From contig CAJUKY010000003.1 of assembly GCA_910587055.1 (NCBI GenBank), positions 34,499 to 98,498 on the forward strand: DNA of 64,000 nt, written 5' to 3'. The translations under genes were made by a program, and so were the position numbers. The DNA comes from Candidatus Gastranaerophilales bacterium (lineage in GTDB: Bacteria > Cyanobacteriota > Vampirovibrionia > Gastranaerophilales > Gastranaerophilaceae). Below, piece by piece: positions 9,118 through 18,736 of the stretch; position 1 is the first letter of the stretch, and every line of letters begins with the position of its first letter. Under the pieces are notes generated by a model that was not told the DNA's origin, did no database searches, and saw only the letters and a program-made list of their open reading frames with translations.

Positions 9118-10245
9118 ATGAAGGTAAGAAGCGTAGATACAACAATTATTAATAATGCGGAAGGAAGCCGAAATGCAGCTTCACCAAATGCTGCTGTCTC
9201 AAAAGCTTCAAATAATAGCCCTTCTTTTAGGGGACTTGACCCCACCACTTCTTTAATTAACTTCTGGGCTGCTATTGCCCGCGGCGGTCTTGCTGCTTCA
9301 TTTACCGTTCAGGATATGCTCGGAACAAATTTCCCCAGAACATTTGCCGCACTGGATAGAAACAAAGATATTACGGGAAAAAATAATTACAAAGCGGCAG
9401 TAGAGGTTGCCATCCGCGAATTTACAACAGGACCCAGCATGTTTATTATTCCTGCACTTGTTTTGGCGGGTGCAAGCAGATATTCAGGCTCTGCAAACAA
9501 AGTTCCGGTTGATAATATTGCAATATTCAGTGATATTATGAAGGGCACAATAAACAATTTAAGTGAAAATAAATTTAAAGATGTTGATTTCAAAGCGCTT
9601 TCCAAAGAAGAATTAACGGAAGCAGGAATGCAAATCAAAAAAACATTCTATAAAGATGTGTTTGAAAGTATCTTTTCTCAATTTGATAATACTGCAGGCA
9701 TTAATACTGATGAATATGTGGAATTAATGCTGAAAGTTGAAGATTCCAACACTCCGAAGAGAAACTTTTTTATGAGCATGTTTAATAAAAAAGTAATGAA
9801 AAACGGTGTCCCCGTTGATTCAAAAGATGAAATCTTATCGCAATTAAGCACTAAATTTGTTGCAGATAAAAAATCTCACACAAAAGACTGGGGCAATTTC
9901 CTTTCCGCAAAAATAATTCCTGATGCAAAACCGTTAAACATTAGCGCAATCGCTGATGATATGAAGAATTTTTCAAACGACTTTGCAAAACAATACATTT
10001 CAGCTCAGGGAAAAGATATCAAAACGGGAAGCAGAGTTCTTATTGAAAAATTTGTTAATAATTTCAGAGATTCACGCATAGGCTCAAGATTTATAACAAA
10101 TGTTGTGATGGTTGTTGCAACAGGTTTATTTATGTCAATTATTCCGAAACTTTATACAAGAAGCAAAACAAACCCTGAAACCGAAGCAATTTATGCTCAG
10201 GTGAACAAGCAAAGACAAGGAGCGCCAAATGATGAAAATAAATAG
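9118..10245 (+). CDS. Hypothetical protein with C-terminal membrane anchor (orphan; paralogue-like partner downstream)
   Basis: Long ORF. I prefer the ATG at 9118 (MKVRSVD...) over 9055. Hydrophobic segments GPSMFIIPALVLAGA and FITNVVMVVATGLFMSIIPKLY. Overlaps the next ORF by 17 nt. Confidence 0.6.
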   Translation: MKVRSVDTTIINNAEGSRNAASPNAAVSKASNNSPSFRGLDPTTSLINFWAAIARGGLAASFTVQDMLGTNFPRTFAALDRNKDITGKNNYKAAVEVAIREFTTGPSMFIIPALVLAGASRYSGSANKVPVDNIAIFSDIMKGTINNLSENKFKDVDFKALSKEELTEAGMQIKKTFYKDVFESIFSQFDNTAGINTDEYVELMLKVEDSNTPKRNFFMSMFNKKVMKNGVPVDSKDEILSQLSTKFVADKKSHTKDWGNFLSAKIIPDAKPLNISAIADDMKNFSNDFAKQYISAQGKDIKTGSRVLIEKFVNNFRDSRIGSRFITNVVMVVATGLFMSIIPKLYTRSKTNPETEAIYAQVNKQRQGAPNDENK

Positions 10246-11236
10246 CGTTTCTCAAAATTTTAATAATACCTTAATAAAGCTTGGCAGAAGTGTTCAAAAA
10301 AAGGGCAGTTTCGCTTCAAAGGTAAATAAATTTACGGAAGGACGCGGCATCAATCCCGGACGCGGTGCTTTTCTTGCCTTAATTTCAATATGCACGCTTG
10401 TTCCAAGATTCCTGCAGGCGCGCGATGCGGATGAACGCAGTGAAATTGTAAGGCGCGATGTAACAACAATTGTGGTAATCACATTGGCAATGAAAGCTAT
10501 TAAGGCAGCTCTTTCATCCTTAATGGCAAAAAAATCAGGTCTGCCCTTAACATTTACCAATATTCCGGAAAATGCAAACCCGCTTAAAAAAACTATCGGT
10601 TACTTCCAGCAAAAGGGTACCACCGCATTTTCTGCTGAAGATATCACTGCAAATTATGCAAATATTGACGGCAAAGAAACTCTTACAAGATTTCTTACAT
10701 TCATTGATGATAACAAAGGCAATGCAGGAAAAGTATTAACATTTGACAGAGCAAAAGGTTCAAAAGGAGACGGCGCATTAACACAGGCTGCTAAAAAGTT
10801 ACTTGGCGAAAACTTTGACTTTACAAAACCGGGCAAAGAAATTATTGCCGCAATTCAAGGTAAAGACGCTTCAAATTCAGCATTTAATGAACTTTCAAAC
10901 ATCTTAAAAGATACAAATGCAAACCCGATATCAAAATTCGGCAAAGGTATCAATGCTAAATTTGAAACCATTGCATTAATCACAGTAGCAAGTTTCCTCG
11001 GGTTCGGGCTTCCGAAATTAAATGAAAAAATGACAAAAGACAAATACCTTCATAATGACGGCAACATTAAGGATACATATAAAGACCCGAATGTTGACCT
11101 GCCTTATTTAAAACCTGCAGCATATCATACATTAAATAATAATCAAAAAATGATTTTCCAGAATTTCCTCGGTTCCTATGACAAAGTCACAAACCAAAAC
11201 AACCGAAATGCGGCAGGAAAAATCTACAACGCCTAG
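10229..11236 (+). CDS. Hypothetical membrane-associated protein (orphan)
   Basis: 335 aa. Hydrophobic segments GAFLALISICTLVPRF, TTIVVITLAMKAI and FETIALITVASFLGFGLPKLN. The last echoes IIPKLY of the upstream protein. Confidence 0.6.
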   Translation: MMKINSVSQNFNNTLIKLGRSVQKKGSFASKVNKFTEGRGINPGRGAFLALISICTLVPRFLQARDADERSEIVRRDVTTIVVITLAMKAIKAALSSLMAKKSGLPLTFTNIPENANPLKKTIGYFQQKGTTAFSAEDITANYANIDGKETLTRFLTFIDDNKGNAGKVLTFDRAKGSKGDGALTQAAKKLLGENFDFTKPGKEIIAAIQGKDASNSAFNELSNILKDTNANPISKFGKGINAKFETIALITVASFLGFGLPKLNEKMTKDKYLHNDGNIKDTYKDPNVDLPYLKPAAYHTLNNNQKMIFQNFLGSYDKVTNQNNRNAAGKIYNA

Positions 11237-12012
11237 CCTACAACCTTAAGCCTTCTGTTTGTATCGGTTTTTTTTGAATAAATCTCAACAATTCTTCCTA
11301 CAAGCGCACGGGTTGTATCTGAATCCGGTTTTTTTGCAATATATTTTTTATAGTACCTTACCGCAAAATGCTGTCTTTTTAATTTATCAAAGCAAATTCC
11401 AAGCCCGAGATTTGCCCTGAAATAATTCGGATTAATTTTTAAAATTTGTTTAAAAACTCTTGCCGCTTCTTCAAATTCGCCAAGCTGCATATACAAACCG
11501 GCTTTATGATTATAGCAGAGAATAAAACCCGGTTTTTCTTCAAGAATTTTATCATAAATCATTAAAGACATCTCGGGTTCATCAAGCAATTCATGAGCTA
11601 TTGCAAGCTGTATTTGCGCATTAAGATTTTTCGGATTTAATTTTATTGCCTTTTTGAAGCAATCAACCGCAAGATAGGGTCTGGCAGATAAAAGATAATT
11701 AATGCCAAGCTCGTAATAAACTTCATAATTTATTTTTTCAGTTTTAAGTGCGGCTGTTAAATATTTAACAGCTTTGTCATAGTGCTTTAAACCCTTATAT
11801 GCTTTTGAAATGCCGATATACGTTTCAATATTATTTTTATTAATAAGCATAGAATTTAAATACGGAACAATGGCATTTTTATATTGTTTTTGTTTTAAAA
11901 ACCTGTTTGCCGCAGTATTTAATTCACTGTGAAAATCCCGCACGGCAGAGACTTCTTTTTTTTCTAATGCTTCTTTTGTCATAAACTCCTCTTTAATAAA
12001 GAGTGTAAACAA
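11233..12012 (-). CDS. TPR-repeat protein
   Basis: Repeated 34-aa A/Y/L pattern (AIxxYxKAIxLNPxN-like units). The true start may be the internal MTKEALEKKE. Confidence 0.8.
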   Translation of the reverse strand: MFTLFIKEEFMTKEALEKKEVSAVRDFHSELNTAANRFLKQKQYKNAIVPYLNSMLINKNNIETYIGISKAYKGLKHYDKAVKYLTAALKTEKINYEVYYELGINYLLSARPYLAVDCFKKAIKLNPKNLNAQIQLAIAHELLDEPEMSLMIYDKILEEKPGFILCYNHKAGLYMQLGEFEEAARVFKQILKINPNYFRANLGLGICFDKLKRQHFAVRYYKKYIAKKPDSDTTRALVGRIVEIYSKKTDTNRRLKVVG

Positions 12013-12118
12013 TTTTATAAAAAAGAAGATTAATCTTCGGATTGAACTTTAGGTTAATCTGCAGATTTAAATTCACCATGGTATAATTTCAAAAAAACTA
12101 AAATATGAAGGAAATATA

Positions 12119-12970
12119 ATGGAAAAAATTATTAACAGCACCGTTTTAAACTTTTTAAATAAAATTGATATGGGTCTTATGCTAAAAATAATTGTAGAAT
12201 TATTTCTGTTTTTTGCCGCATTAAAAATTGCAAATATTTTAATAAATAAGATTATGAAAAAAATAATCTTAAAGCTTGAAGATCTGGAATCAAAAAAGCA
12301 GTATAACACTTTAAGACTTATTTTGATTTCCGTTATGGATACTATTATCTTCTTATTTTTTGGAACAAATATTTTGGAAGATATAGGAATTGATATGAAG
12401 CCTATTCTTGCAACAGCAGGGGTTTTGGGTATTGCAGTCGGTTTTGGCGCACAGCGCTTTATACAGGATGTTATTGCAGGTCTTAATATACTTTTAACTG
12501 GGCAGATAAGAGTGGGTGATGTTGTAAAAGTGCAGGGTGTTGCAGGAACCGTGGAGCGCGTAACGCTTACCATGGTAATGTTAAGATCATACGAAGGCTG
12601 TGTGCACTATATAAGAAACGGGCTGATTGATATTGTAACAAATCAGACAAGAAGTTTTTCATATGCTGTTTTAGATATTTCAGTTGCATACAAGGAAGAT
12701 ATTTCGCACGTTATGGATATCCTTAAACAAACGGGCGATGAACTTAAAAATGATATAAAATTTAAAGATATGATTCTTGATGATATTGAAGTTTTAGGAT
12801 TGGACAGTTTTGATGACAGTTCCATTCTCATAAAATGCAGAATTAAAACTTATCCGCAATTTCAATGGGAAGTTAAAAGAGAATTTAATTTAAGAATAAA
12901 AGAAAAATTTGATTCTCTTGGAATTGAAATACCATTCCCGCAGATTGTTGTAAATAAACCCGCAGAATAA
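12119..12970 (+). CDS. Small-conductance mechanosensitive channel (MscS family)
   Basis: GIAVGFGAQRFIQDVIAGLNILLTGQIRVGDVV..GTVERVTL is the canonical TM3/beta-domain signature. Confidence 0.9.
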   Translation: MEKIINSTVLNFLNKIDMGLMLKIIVELFLFFAALKIANILINKIMKKIILKLEDLESKKQYNTLRLILISVMDTIIFLFFGTNILEDIGIDMKPILATAGVLGIAVGFGAQRFIQDVIAGLNILLTGQIRVGDVVKVQGVAGTVERVTLTMVMLRSYEGCVHYIRNGLIDIVTNQTRSFSYAVLDISVAYKEDISHVMDILKQTGDELKNDIKFKDMILDDIEVLGLDSFDDSSILIKCRIKTYPQFQWEVKREFNLRIKEKFDSLGIEIPFPQIVVNKPAE

Positions 12971-12983
12971 GTTTTTTATTAAA

Positions 12984-13013
12984 AATCCGCCCGCTAAACA
13001 TAACGGGCGGATT
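12984..13013. terminator. Bidirectional intrinsic terminator between convergent mscS-like and pepA genes
   Basis: aatccgcccg (12984-12993) pairs with cgggcggatt (13004-13013) around a 10-nt loop, with A/T-rich flanks on both sides. Confidence 0.7.
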
Positions 13014-13026
13014 ATTAATGCATTTT

Positions 13027-14484
13027 TTATTTTGTAATATGTTTTACAAGAGTGCGGACCATAGCGGCAGTAGCACCTTTATCAAGCTCTTTATAAGGTT
13101 TATCAATAAAGGCGGTTCCTGCAATATCAAGGTGAGCCCATTTTTTAGATTTTGTAAAGTTTGATAAAAATCTTGCGGCAACACTTGCACCTGCATATCT
13201 TGAACCTGTATTTCTCATATCTGCAATATCTGATTTTAAATTATCCTGCATATCATCTAAAATCGGCATTTTCCAGAGTGTCTCACCGACCTCTTTGCCA
13301 TCTTCAATGATTTCTTGAATAAGTTCATCATCATTTCCCATAACACCTGTTATGGTATTTCCGAGAGCAACAATTACAGCCCCCGTGAGAGTTGCAACGT
13401 CTATTACTTCATCAACATTAAGTTCATCCGCATAGGCAAGAACATCTGCAAGGGTTAATCTGCCTTCAGCATCCGTATTATCCACTTCAATCGTTTTTCC
13501 GTTCTTTGCAATAAGAACATCGCCTACTTTATAGCTTGAACCTGAGGGCATATTTTCACAAAGTGCAGAAAGTGCATGAACCTCAACATCGGGTTTAATT
13601 TTAGCAATTGCTTTCATTACACCTAAAACACAGGCGCAGCCTGACATATCCGTTCTCATGGTAAGCATTGAAGCAGGAGGTTTGATATCCAATCCGCCTG
13701 AATCAAAAGTGATGCCCTTTCCTATAATTGCAATTTTTTTCTTCGGATTTTCAGGGGTGTATTTTAAATGGATAAATTTAGGCTCTTGAGCGCTTCCCTG
13801 ACCCACTGCAAGAAAAGCGTTAAAATTCATCGATTTTAATTCATCTTTATTAAAGACTTTAATTTCAAGCCCGTTTTCTTTCGCAAGGTCTGCTGCAATT
13901 TCTGAAATTTTTGCCGGTGTTGCATATTCCGCAGGTTCAAAAATTAAATCTTTTGTAAAATTCATAGATTCGCCGATAATTTTTGCCTGTTCAATTGCGG
14001 GGGTCATTTTTTCAGGCTTGCAGTGGAAAATTTCAACCTCGTTAATCTTTTCTTCATTTTTCTTTGTTTTATATTTGTCAAAATCATATTCTCCCATAAT
14101 GGCGCCAAGAGCAGTATTATGAGAAATCTTGCAGCAGCACATAGCGCCGTTATTTTGAATATTAAAAGCCGCGATTTTATTTTTGCTCAATTTTTCAGCC
14201 TGTTTAATTGTTTTTGCGGCGATTTCTCTTACTTTATCAGTGTTAAATTCTTCTTTTTTACCGAGGCCTACCGCCATAATTTTTAAACCTTCAAGAGGAA
14301 GAACAAAAGTTTCAAGATATTTCCCTTTAAACCCTTCCGTTTCAATAATTTTTTTTGAAATAACGCTGCCGTATTTCTCATCCATGCCGGCTTGAATATC
14401 ATTCAGTGTTTTATCATCTTCAAAAAAACCTGTGATAACAACATCTGCACGTGATTCGGCGGGATTTTTTGCATAAATTTCCAT
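13027..14484 (-). CDS. pepA: Leucyl aminopeptidase (M17 family)
   Basis: NTDAEGRLTLAD signature. GKGITFDSGGLDIKP metal/substrate motif. Confidence 0.95.
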   Translation of the reverse strand: MEIYAKNPAESRADVVITGFFEDDKTLNDIQAGMDEKYGSVISKKIIETEGFKGKYLETFVLPLEGLKIMAVGLGKKEEFNTDKVREIAAKTIKQAEKLSKNKIAAFNIQNNGAMCCCKISHNTALGAIMGEYDFDKYKTKKNEEKINEVEIFHCKPEKMTPAIEQAKIIGESMNFTKDLIFEPAEYATPAKISEIAADLAKENGLEIKVFNKDELKSMNFNAFLAVGQGSAQEPKFIHLKYTPENPKKKIAIIGKGITFDSGGLDIKPPASMLTMRTDMSGCACVLGVMKAIAKIKPDVEVHALSALCENMPSGSSYKVGDVLIAKNGKTIEVDNTDAEGRLTLADVLAYADELNVDEVIDVATLTGAVIVALGNTITGVMGNDDELIQEIIEDGKEVGETLWKMPILDDMQDNLKSDIADMRNTGSRYAGASVAARFLSNFTKSKKWAHLDIAGTAFIDKPYKELDKGATAAMVRTLVKHITK

Positions 14485-14519
14485 TTGAATACTCCCTTAT
14501 AAATAAATTAACCTATATG

Positions 14520-15902
14520 TTATATCATATTTTTTAAATTATTAACATATTCAATTGCACGATTTGATAACAAAGTATTTTTTTCTTCTTTATTTTTGCG
14601 CACCTGACGCGGCATATCCATATCAGCCACGATACCCCAGTTTGAATTTACGGGCTGAAAATTTTTATGTTCACCAAATGTTATATAATCAAGCAAAGCG
14701 CCCAGCATGGAAATATTCTCTAATTCAATAAGCGGCTTATTTTCAAGGTATCTTGAAATATTAATAGCTGCAAAAAGCCCTGTTGCGATACTTTCCGTGT
14801 ATCCCTCCACCCCTGTTATCTGGCCTGCAAAAAATAAATCGGGGCGCGAAATTGTCTGCAAGCTTTTATTCAAAATTTTAGGGCTGTTTATAAATGTATT
14901 AGCGTGCATTACGCCATAGCGTACAATTTCAGCATTTTCAAGCCCGGGGATAGCCTGAATTAAGCGTTTTTGTTCACCCCATTTTAAATTAGTCTGAAAA
15001 CCGACAAGATTATATAAGCTTGCTTCTTTATCATCCTGACGGAGCTGCACCGCAGCATAAAACTGCTGTTTTTTAAATTTAACTTCATCCCCTTCTTTAA
15101 ATTTTCGCCTGTCAAACAAACCTACGGGTTTCATCGGCCCGAAACGCAGCGTATCAACTCCTCTGCTTGCAATCTGCTCAACAGGCATACATCCTTCAAA
15201 AAATTTTGCCCCGCCCACGGAATTACCATTTACGGCACCGTTCAGCATTTCTTTTTCAAAAGCCTTTAATTCTATTTTTTCAGCATTTATTAAAATATCA
15301 TAAAATTTCAGATACTCTTCTTTATTAAACGGGCAGTTTATAAAATCCGCATCGCCTTTATCCCATCTTGCCGCATAAAATGCTTTATCAAAATTTATAC
15401 TTTCTTTTTTAACAATAGGGGCTATTGCATCAAAAAATTTAAAATGCTCTTCTCCAAAATTCTTTTGTAAATCTTCACAAAGTGTATTTGATGTCAAAGG
15501 CCCTGTTGCAATAAGAGTGAGTCCTTCGGGAATCTTTTCAACCTCTTCATTTATAATGTTAATATTTTCATTATTTTTGATTAAATCAGACACGGCACTG
15601 CTAAAGCCAAATCTGTCTATAGACAAGGAATTCCCAGAAGGAACGGAGTGTTTCTTTGCAAGGGATATTAAATTTGAACCCAGAATTTCAATTTCTCTTT
15701 TTAATAACCCGCTTGCAGAAGTAACAGCAATACTTCCAAGACTGTTTGAACATACAAATTCCGCAAAGTCCCCTGTTGTATGTGCCCCTGTTTGTTTAGC
15801 AGGGCGCATTTCATATAAATCAACCTTATATCCTTTATTTGCAAGGTACAATGCCGCCTCCGAACCTGCCAAGCCCCCGCCTGTTATATTTATCTTTTCC
15901 AT
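14520..15902 (-). CDS. trmFO: Methylenetetrahydrofolate-tRNA-(uracil-5-)-methyltransferase
   Basis: N-terminal GGGLAGSEA FAD-binding motif and overall TrmFO/Gid-like sequence. Start moved to the ATG at 15902, which is preceded by AAGGGA. Confidence 0.93.
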   Translation of the reverse strand: MEKINITGGGLAGSEAALYLANKGYKVDLYEMRPAKQTGAHTTGDFAEFVCSNSLGSIAVTSASGLLKREIEILGSNLISLAKKHSVPSGNSLSIDRFGFSSAVSDLIKNNENINIINEEVEKIPEGLTLIATGPLTSNTLCEDLQKNFGEEHFKFFDAIAPIVKKESINFDKAFYAARWDKGDADFINCPFNKEEYLKFYDILINAEKIELKAFEKEMLNGAVNGNSVGGAKFFEGCMPVEQIASRGVDTLRFGPMKPVGLFDRRKFKEGDEVKFKKQQFYAAVQLRQDDKEASLYNLVGFQTNLKWGEQKRLIQAIPGLENAEIVRYGVMHANTFINSPKILNKSLQTISRPDLFFAGQITGVEGYTESIATGLFAAINISRYLENKPLIELENISMLGALLDYITFGEHKNFQPVNSNWGIVADMDMPRQVRKNKEEKNTLLSNRAIEYVNNLKNMI

Positions 15903-15932
15903 AAAAATTCCCTTAAATCTCATTTTTATTTT

Positions 15933-17012
15933 ATGTTAAAATTCTTCAATATGGAAGATATGAAAGAAAATGAAAAAATAAGGCTTTCAGGCTTAGATAA
16001 AAATGAGCTTGAAAAATTTATGGAAACTCTCGGAGAAAAGAAATTCAGAGCTTCACAGATTTTATCATGGCTTTATACAAAAAATGCAAAATCTTTTGAT
16101 GAAATGTCTGATATTAAAAAAGATTTAAGGGAAAAACTCTCTGAAATTGCATATATCACCGATATTAAGATTAAAACAAAACAAATAAGCACGGACGGCA
16201 CACTTAAATATCTTCTTGAATATAAGGACGGAAACACGGCAGAATGTGTTTTGATGCGCTTTGATAACAGGGCAAATTTAACAGCCTGCGTAAGCTCGCA
16301 GATAGGGTGCGCTATGGGGTGCAAATTTTGCGCCACAGGGCAGAGGGGAGTAATAAGAAACCTTGAACCGTATGAAATTCTGGAACAAATTTTAACAATT
16401 CAAAGAGATACGGGGCTAAAGGTTACAAATGTTGTATTTATGGGGCAGGGCGAGCCTTTTAATAATTATAACAATATGATGAGAGCAATTGAGCTTATAA
16501 ATAATTGCCTTATGATAGGAATAAGGCGCATAACGGTTTCTACATGCGGAATTGTACCAAAAATTTATGATATATCAAATGAAGAACTTGTGCCAACCCT
16601 TGCAATATCGCTTCATGCGCCAAACAGTGCTCTGCGCGGGCAGATTATGCCAGTTGAAAAACGCTATAACATTGAAGAATTAAAAAAGGCGTTAAAATTT
16701 TACACGGAAAAAACAGGTAAAAGGGTAACACTTGAATATGTTTTAATCGGCAAATTAAACGATACAAAGGAATGTGCGGCAGAACTTGCGCATTTTATGA
16801 AGGATTTAAAATGCAACGTTAATTTAATTCCTTATAACCCCGTTGACTCTAAGGATGATGGCTCTCCAATCTTTAAAAAACCCGATAAAAAAGATATTAT
16901 GAAATTTAAATACATTCTGGAAGCTTCAGGAAAAAAAGTGACAGTCCGCCTTGAGCGGGGGGCTAATATTGATGCTGCCTGCGGACAATTAAAAGGGAAG
17001 GTTGAAGGATAA
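15933..17012 (+). CDS. rlmN: Radical SAM 23S rRNA/tRNA adenine-C2 methyltransferase
   Basis: CAMGCKFCATG radical-SAM cluster motif. FMGQGEP. C-terminal DAACGQL. Exact start uncertain, with several in-frame Met. Confidence 0.95.
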   Translation: MLKFFNMEDMKENEKIRLSGLDKNELEKFMETLGEKKFRASQILSWLYTKNAKSFDEMSDIKKDLREKLSEIAYITDIKIKTKQISTDGTLKYLLEYKDGNTAECVLMRFDNRANLTACVSSQIGCAMGCKFCATGQRGVIRNLEPYEILEQILTIQRDTGLKVTNVVFMGQGEPFNNYNNMMRAIELINNCLMIGIRRITVSTCGIVPKIYDISNEELVPTLAISLHAPNSALRGQIMPVEKRYNIEELKKALKFYTEKTGKRVTLEYVLIGKLNDTKECAAELAHFMKDLKCNVNLIPYNPVDSKDDGSPIFKKPDKKDIMKFKYILEASGKKVTVRLERGANIDAACGQLKGKVEG

Positions 17013-17092
17013 AATAAGGAAACGGCACAGCGGTAGTATCCGCCATGCCGCACTCAAGGTCAAAAAAAAGGGTGAAACATTTCAATTATTCA

Positions 17093-17170
17093 ACAAAAGG
17101 GGCGAAAAAACGCCCTCGCTGAATTATATTTAGTTTGAAATCTGTTAACACCGCAATACTAATGACCCAT
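17093..17170 (-). ncRNA. Candidate small RNA of about 75-80 nt (orphan promoter to intrinsic terminator, no ORF)
   Basis: Lies downstream of a TTGACA-16-TATAAT promoter on the minus strand. Ends in a GC-rich hairpin (17099-17116) followed by TTTTGTTG on the minus strand. The only ORF is ATG GGT CAT TAG. Confidence 0.35.
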
Positions 17171-17176
17171 ATTTTA

Positions 17177-17204
17177 ATTATAACAGATTGTATACCATTG
17201 TCAA
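17177..17204 (-). promoter_or_regulatory. Consensus sigma70 promoter on the minus strand (TTGACA-16 nt-TATAAT)
   Basis: Read directly. -35 is the reverse complement of 17199-17204. -10 is the reverse complement of 17177-17182. There is no annotated minus-strand gene downstream. Confidence 0.5.
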
Positions 17205-17294
17205 GATGTAATAAGACATCTATATCAAGATTTAATACATCCTTATTTTTATACTAAATAAACATTAGTATTATGCAAGTTAGAAGAAGGAACA

Positions 17295-17627
17295 ATGTCT
17301 AAAAATAAGGATTTAAAAACTTTATTGGGCTTGCGTATTGCAAAGTTAAGGAAAATACGCGCATTTTCGCAAGAAAAACTTGCCGAGGCAATTGATATTT
17401 CGCAAAGAAACTTGTCTAACATAGAAACAGGGGTAAATTTTGTTAAAGCAAGCACCCTTGAAAAAATTGCTGATGTTCTTGGACTTTCACTCGGGGATTT
17501 ACTTAATTTTAATGAAGATTATACCGAAAAAGAGCTGCTTGACGCCATCATTAAAAAAGTTAAGTTTATGAAAAACGATATTGATAAGCTAAGAACCGTT
17601 AATGAATTTCTAAATAAGATGTTTTAG
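17295..17627 (+). CDS. XRE-family helix-turn-helix transcriptional regulator
   Basis: LRIAKLRKIRAFSQEKLAEAIDISQRNLSNIETG is a typical Cro/C1 HTH. 110 aa. Confidence 0.85.
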   Translation: MSKNKDLKTLLGLRIAKLRKIRAFSQEKLAEAIDISQRNLSNIETGVNFVKASTLEKIADVLGLSLGDLLNFNEDYTEKELLDAIIKKVKFMKNDIDKLRTVNEFLNKMF

Positions 17628-18583
17628 TTTGAGCTGACGAGGTTTTGCGGTTCTTTGCACATTCCGCATTTGTCACGGTTCCCGCTGATACAGTTTGGTT
17701 CTGCATGAATAATAACGGAAGAATTAATAAAGCATTCCCCGAGGGAGCGTTCAATTTTATCACACAGGATATGTGCATCAAGAAGGGTCAATTTACAGGG
17801 AAGATAAATTGTAAGCTGAATTACTCTTTTAGAGCCGGATTTAGAGGTTTTAATCGATTTTACACCCATTAAACCGTCACCTTTAAAATGCTCAAGCACA
17901 TTTTTAATCGTTTCTTTTTCACATTCAGGCAATGTACCGTCCAAAAGGTTATTTGAAGCCTGTCTTGTAAGGTTTAAACCTGTTTTTAAAATTATCCCTG
18001 CTACTATTATTGCAAAAACGGGGTCTAAAATATAAAACCCTGTTAATTTAACTGCAAACAAGCCTAAAAATATTGCAAGGGAAGAATATACATCCATATT
18101 CAAATGCTCGGCATCAGTTTGAAGAGCAATGGAATCACTTTGTTTTGCCATATGGAACAGATATCTTGAAACGATAAAGTTTACAACTGTAGATATAAGC
18201 ATGACAATTAAGCCCAGATTTGTTTCAAATTCATAATCCATACCGAATTTTACAAGTTTTTCAATTGCAATATAAAAAATATAACAGGCGGTTAAAATTA
18301 TAAGCAAAGCTTCAATAAAACCTGCCAAATCTTCATATTTTCCATGACCGAAGGGATGATCGTCATCCGCGGGTTCAGAGGATTTCATTATTGAAAAATA
18401 GGCAATAAAAGAGGCTGCTAAATCTGCAAGAGAATGAAGAGCTTCAGATATTATTGAAATACTGCCCGAAATCAGGCCTGCCGCAATTTTCATAACAATT
18501 AAAGAAGAATTTGAAATAATCGAAACGCCCGCAGCTATTTTTTTCTTAACATTTATGCTGCGGTTTTTTTCTTCTTGTATCAT
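17624..18583 (-). CDS. Cation diffusion facilitator (CDF) metal efflux transporter
   Basis: HSLADLAAS...DDDHPFGHGKYE motif, six hydrophobic segments and a C-terminal cytoplasmic domain with a Cys-rich tail (CISGNRDKCGMC). Confidence 0.9.
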   Translation of the reverse strand: MIQEEKNRSINVKKKIAAGVSIISNSSLIVMKIAAGLISGSISIISEALHSLADLAASFIAYFSIMKSSEPADDDHPFGHGKYEDLAGFIEALLIILTACYIFYIAIEKLVKFGMDYEFETNLGLIVMLISTVVNFIVSRYLFHMAKQSDSIALQTDAEHLNMDVYSSLAIFLGLFAVKLTGFYILDPVFAIIVAGIILKTGLNLTRQASNNLLDGTLPECEKETIKNVLEHFKGDGLMGVKSIKTSKSGSKRVIQLTIYLPCKLTLLDAHILCDKIERSLGECFINSSVIIHAEPNCISGNRDKCGMCKEPQNLVSSN

Positions 18584-18736
18584 TCGTTAAAATGCCCTTC
18601 TTACGTAGTATTTATTATATCATATTAAATTAAATGGTGTATTTATTGAATTCAGGTATTTATTTTAAATGTAAATTCTATTATAATACATCTAGTTAGT
18701 ATTAAGTTAGCATGGATTAAAATAAGGTATTAAGTT

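Noticed and set aside
12073-12573. 166-aa minus-strand ORF overlapping the 5' half of the MscS-family gene.
   Set aside because: The plus-strand frame carries the unmistakable MscS signature. The minus-strand product is low-complexity Ile/Phe/Ser-rich, typical of antisense frames in AT-rich DNA.
18608-18664. Three copies of GTATTTATT (18608, 18639, 18656) in the divergent CDF / 18737 promoter region.
   Set aside because: A 9-mer made almost entirely of A/T is expected to recur by chance in this composition, and the spacing is irregular (31 and 17 nt). Worth a genome-wide motif count only.
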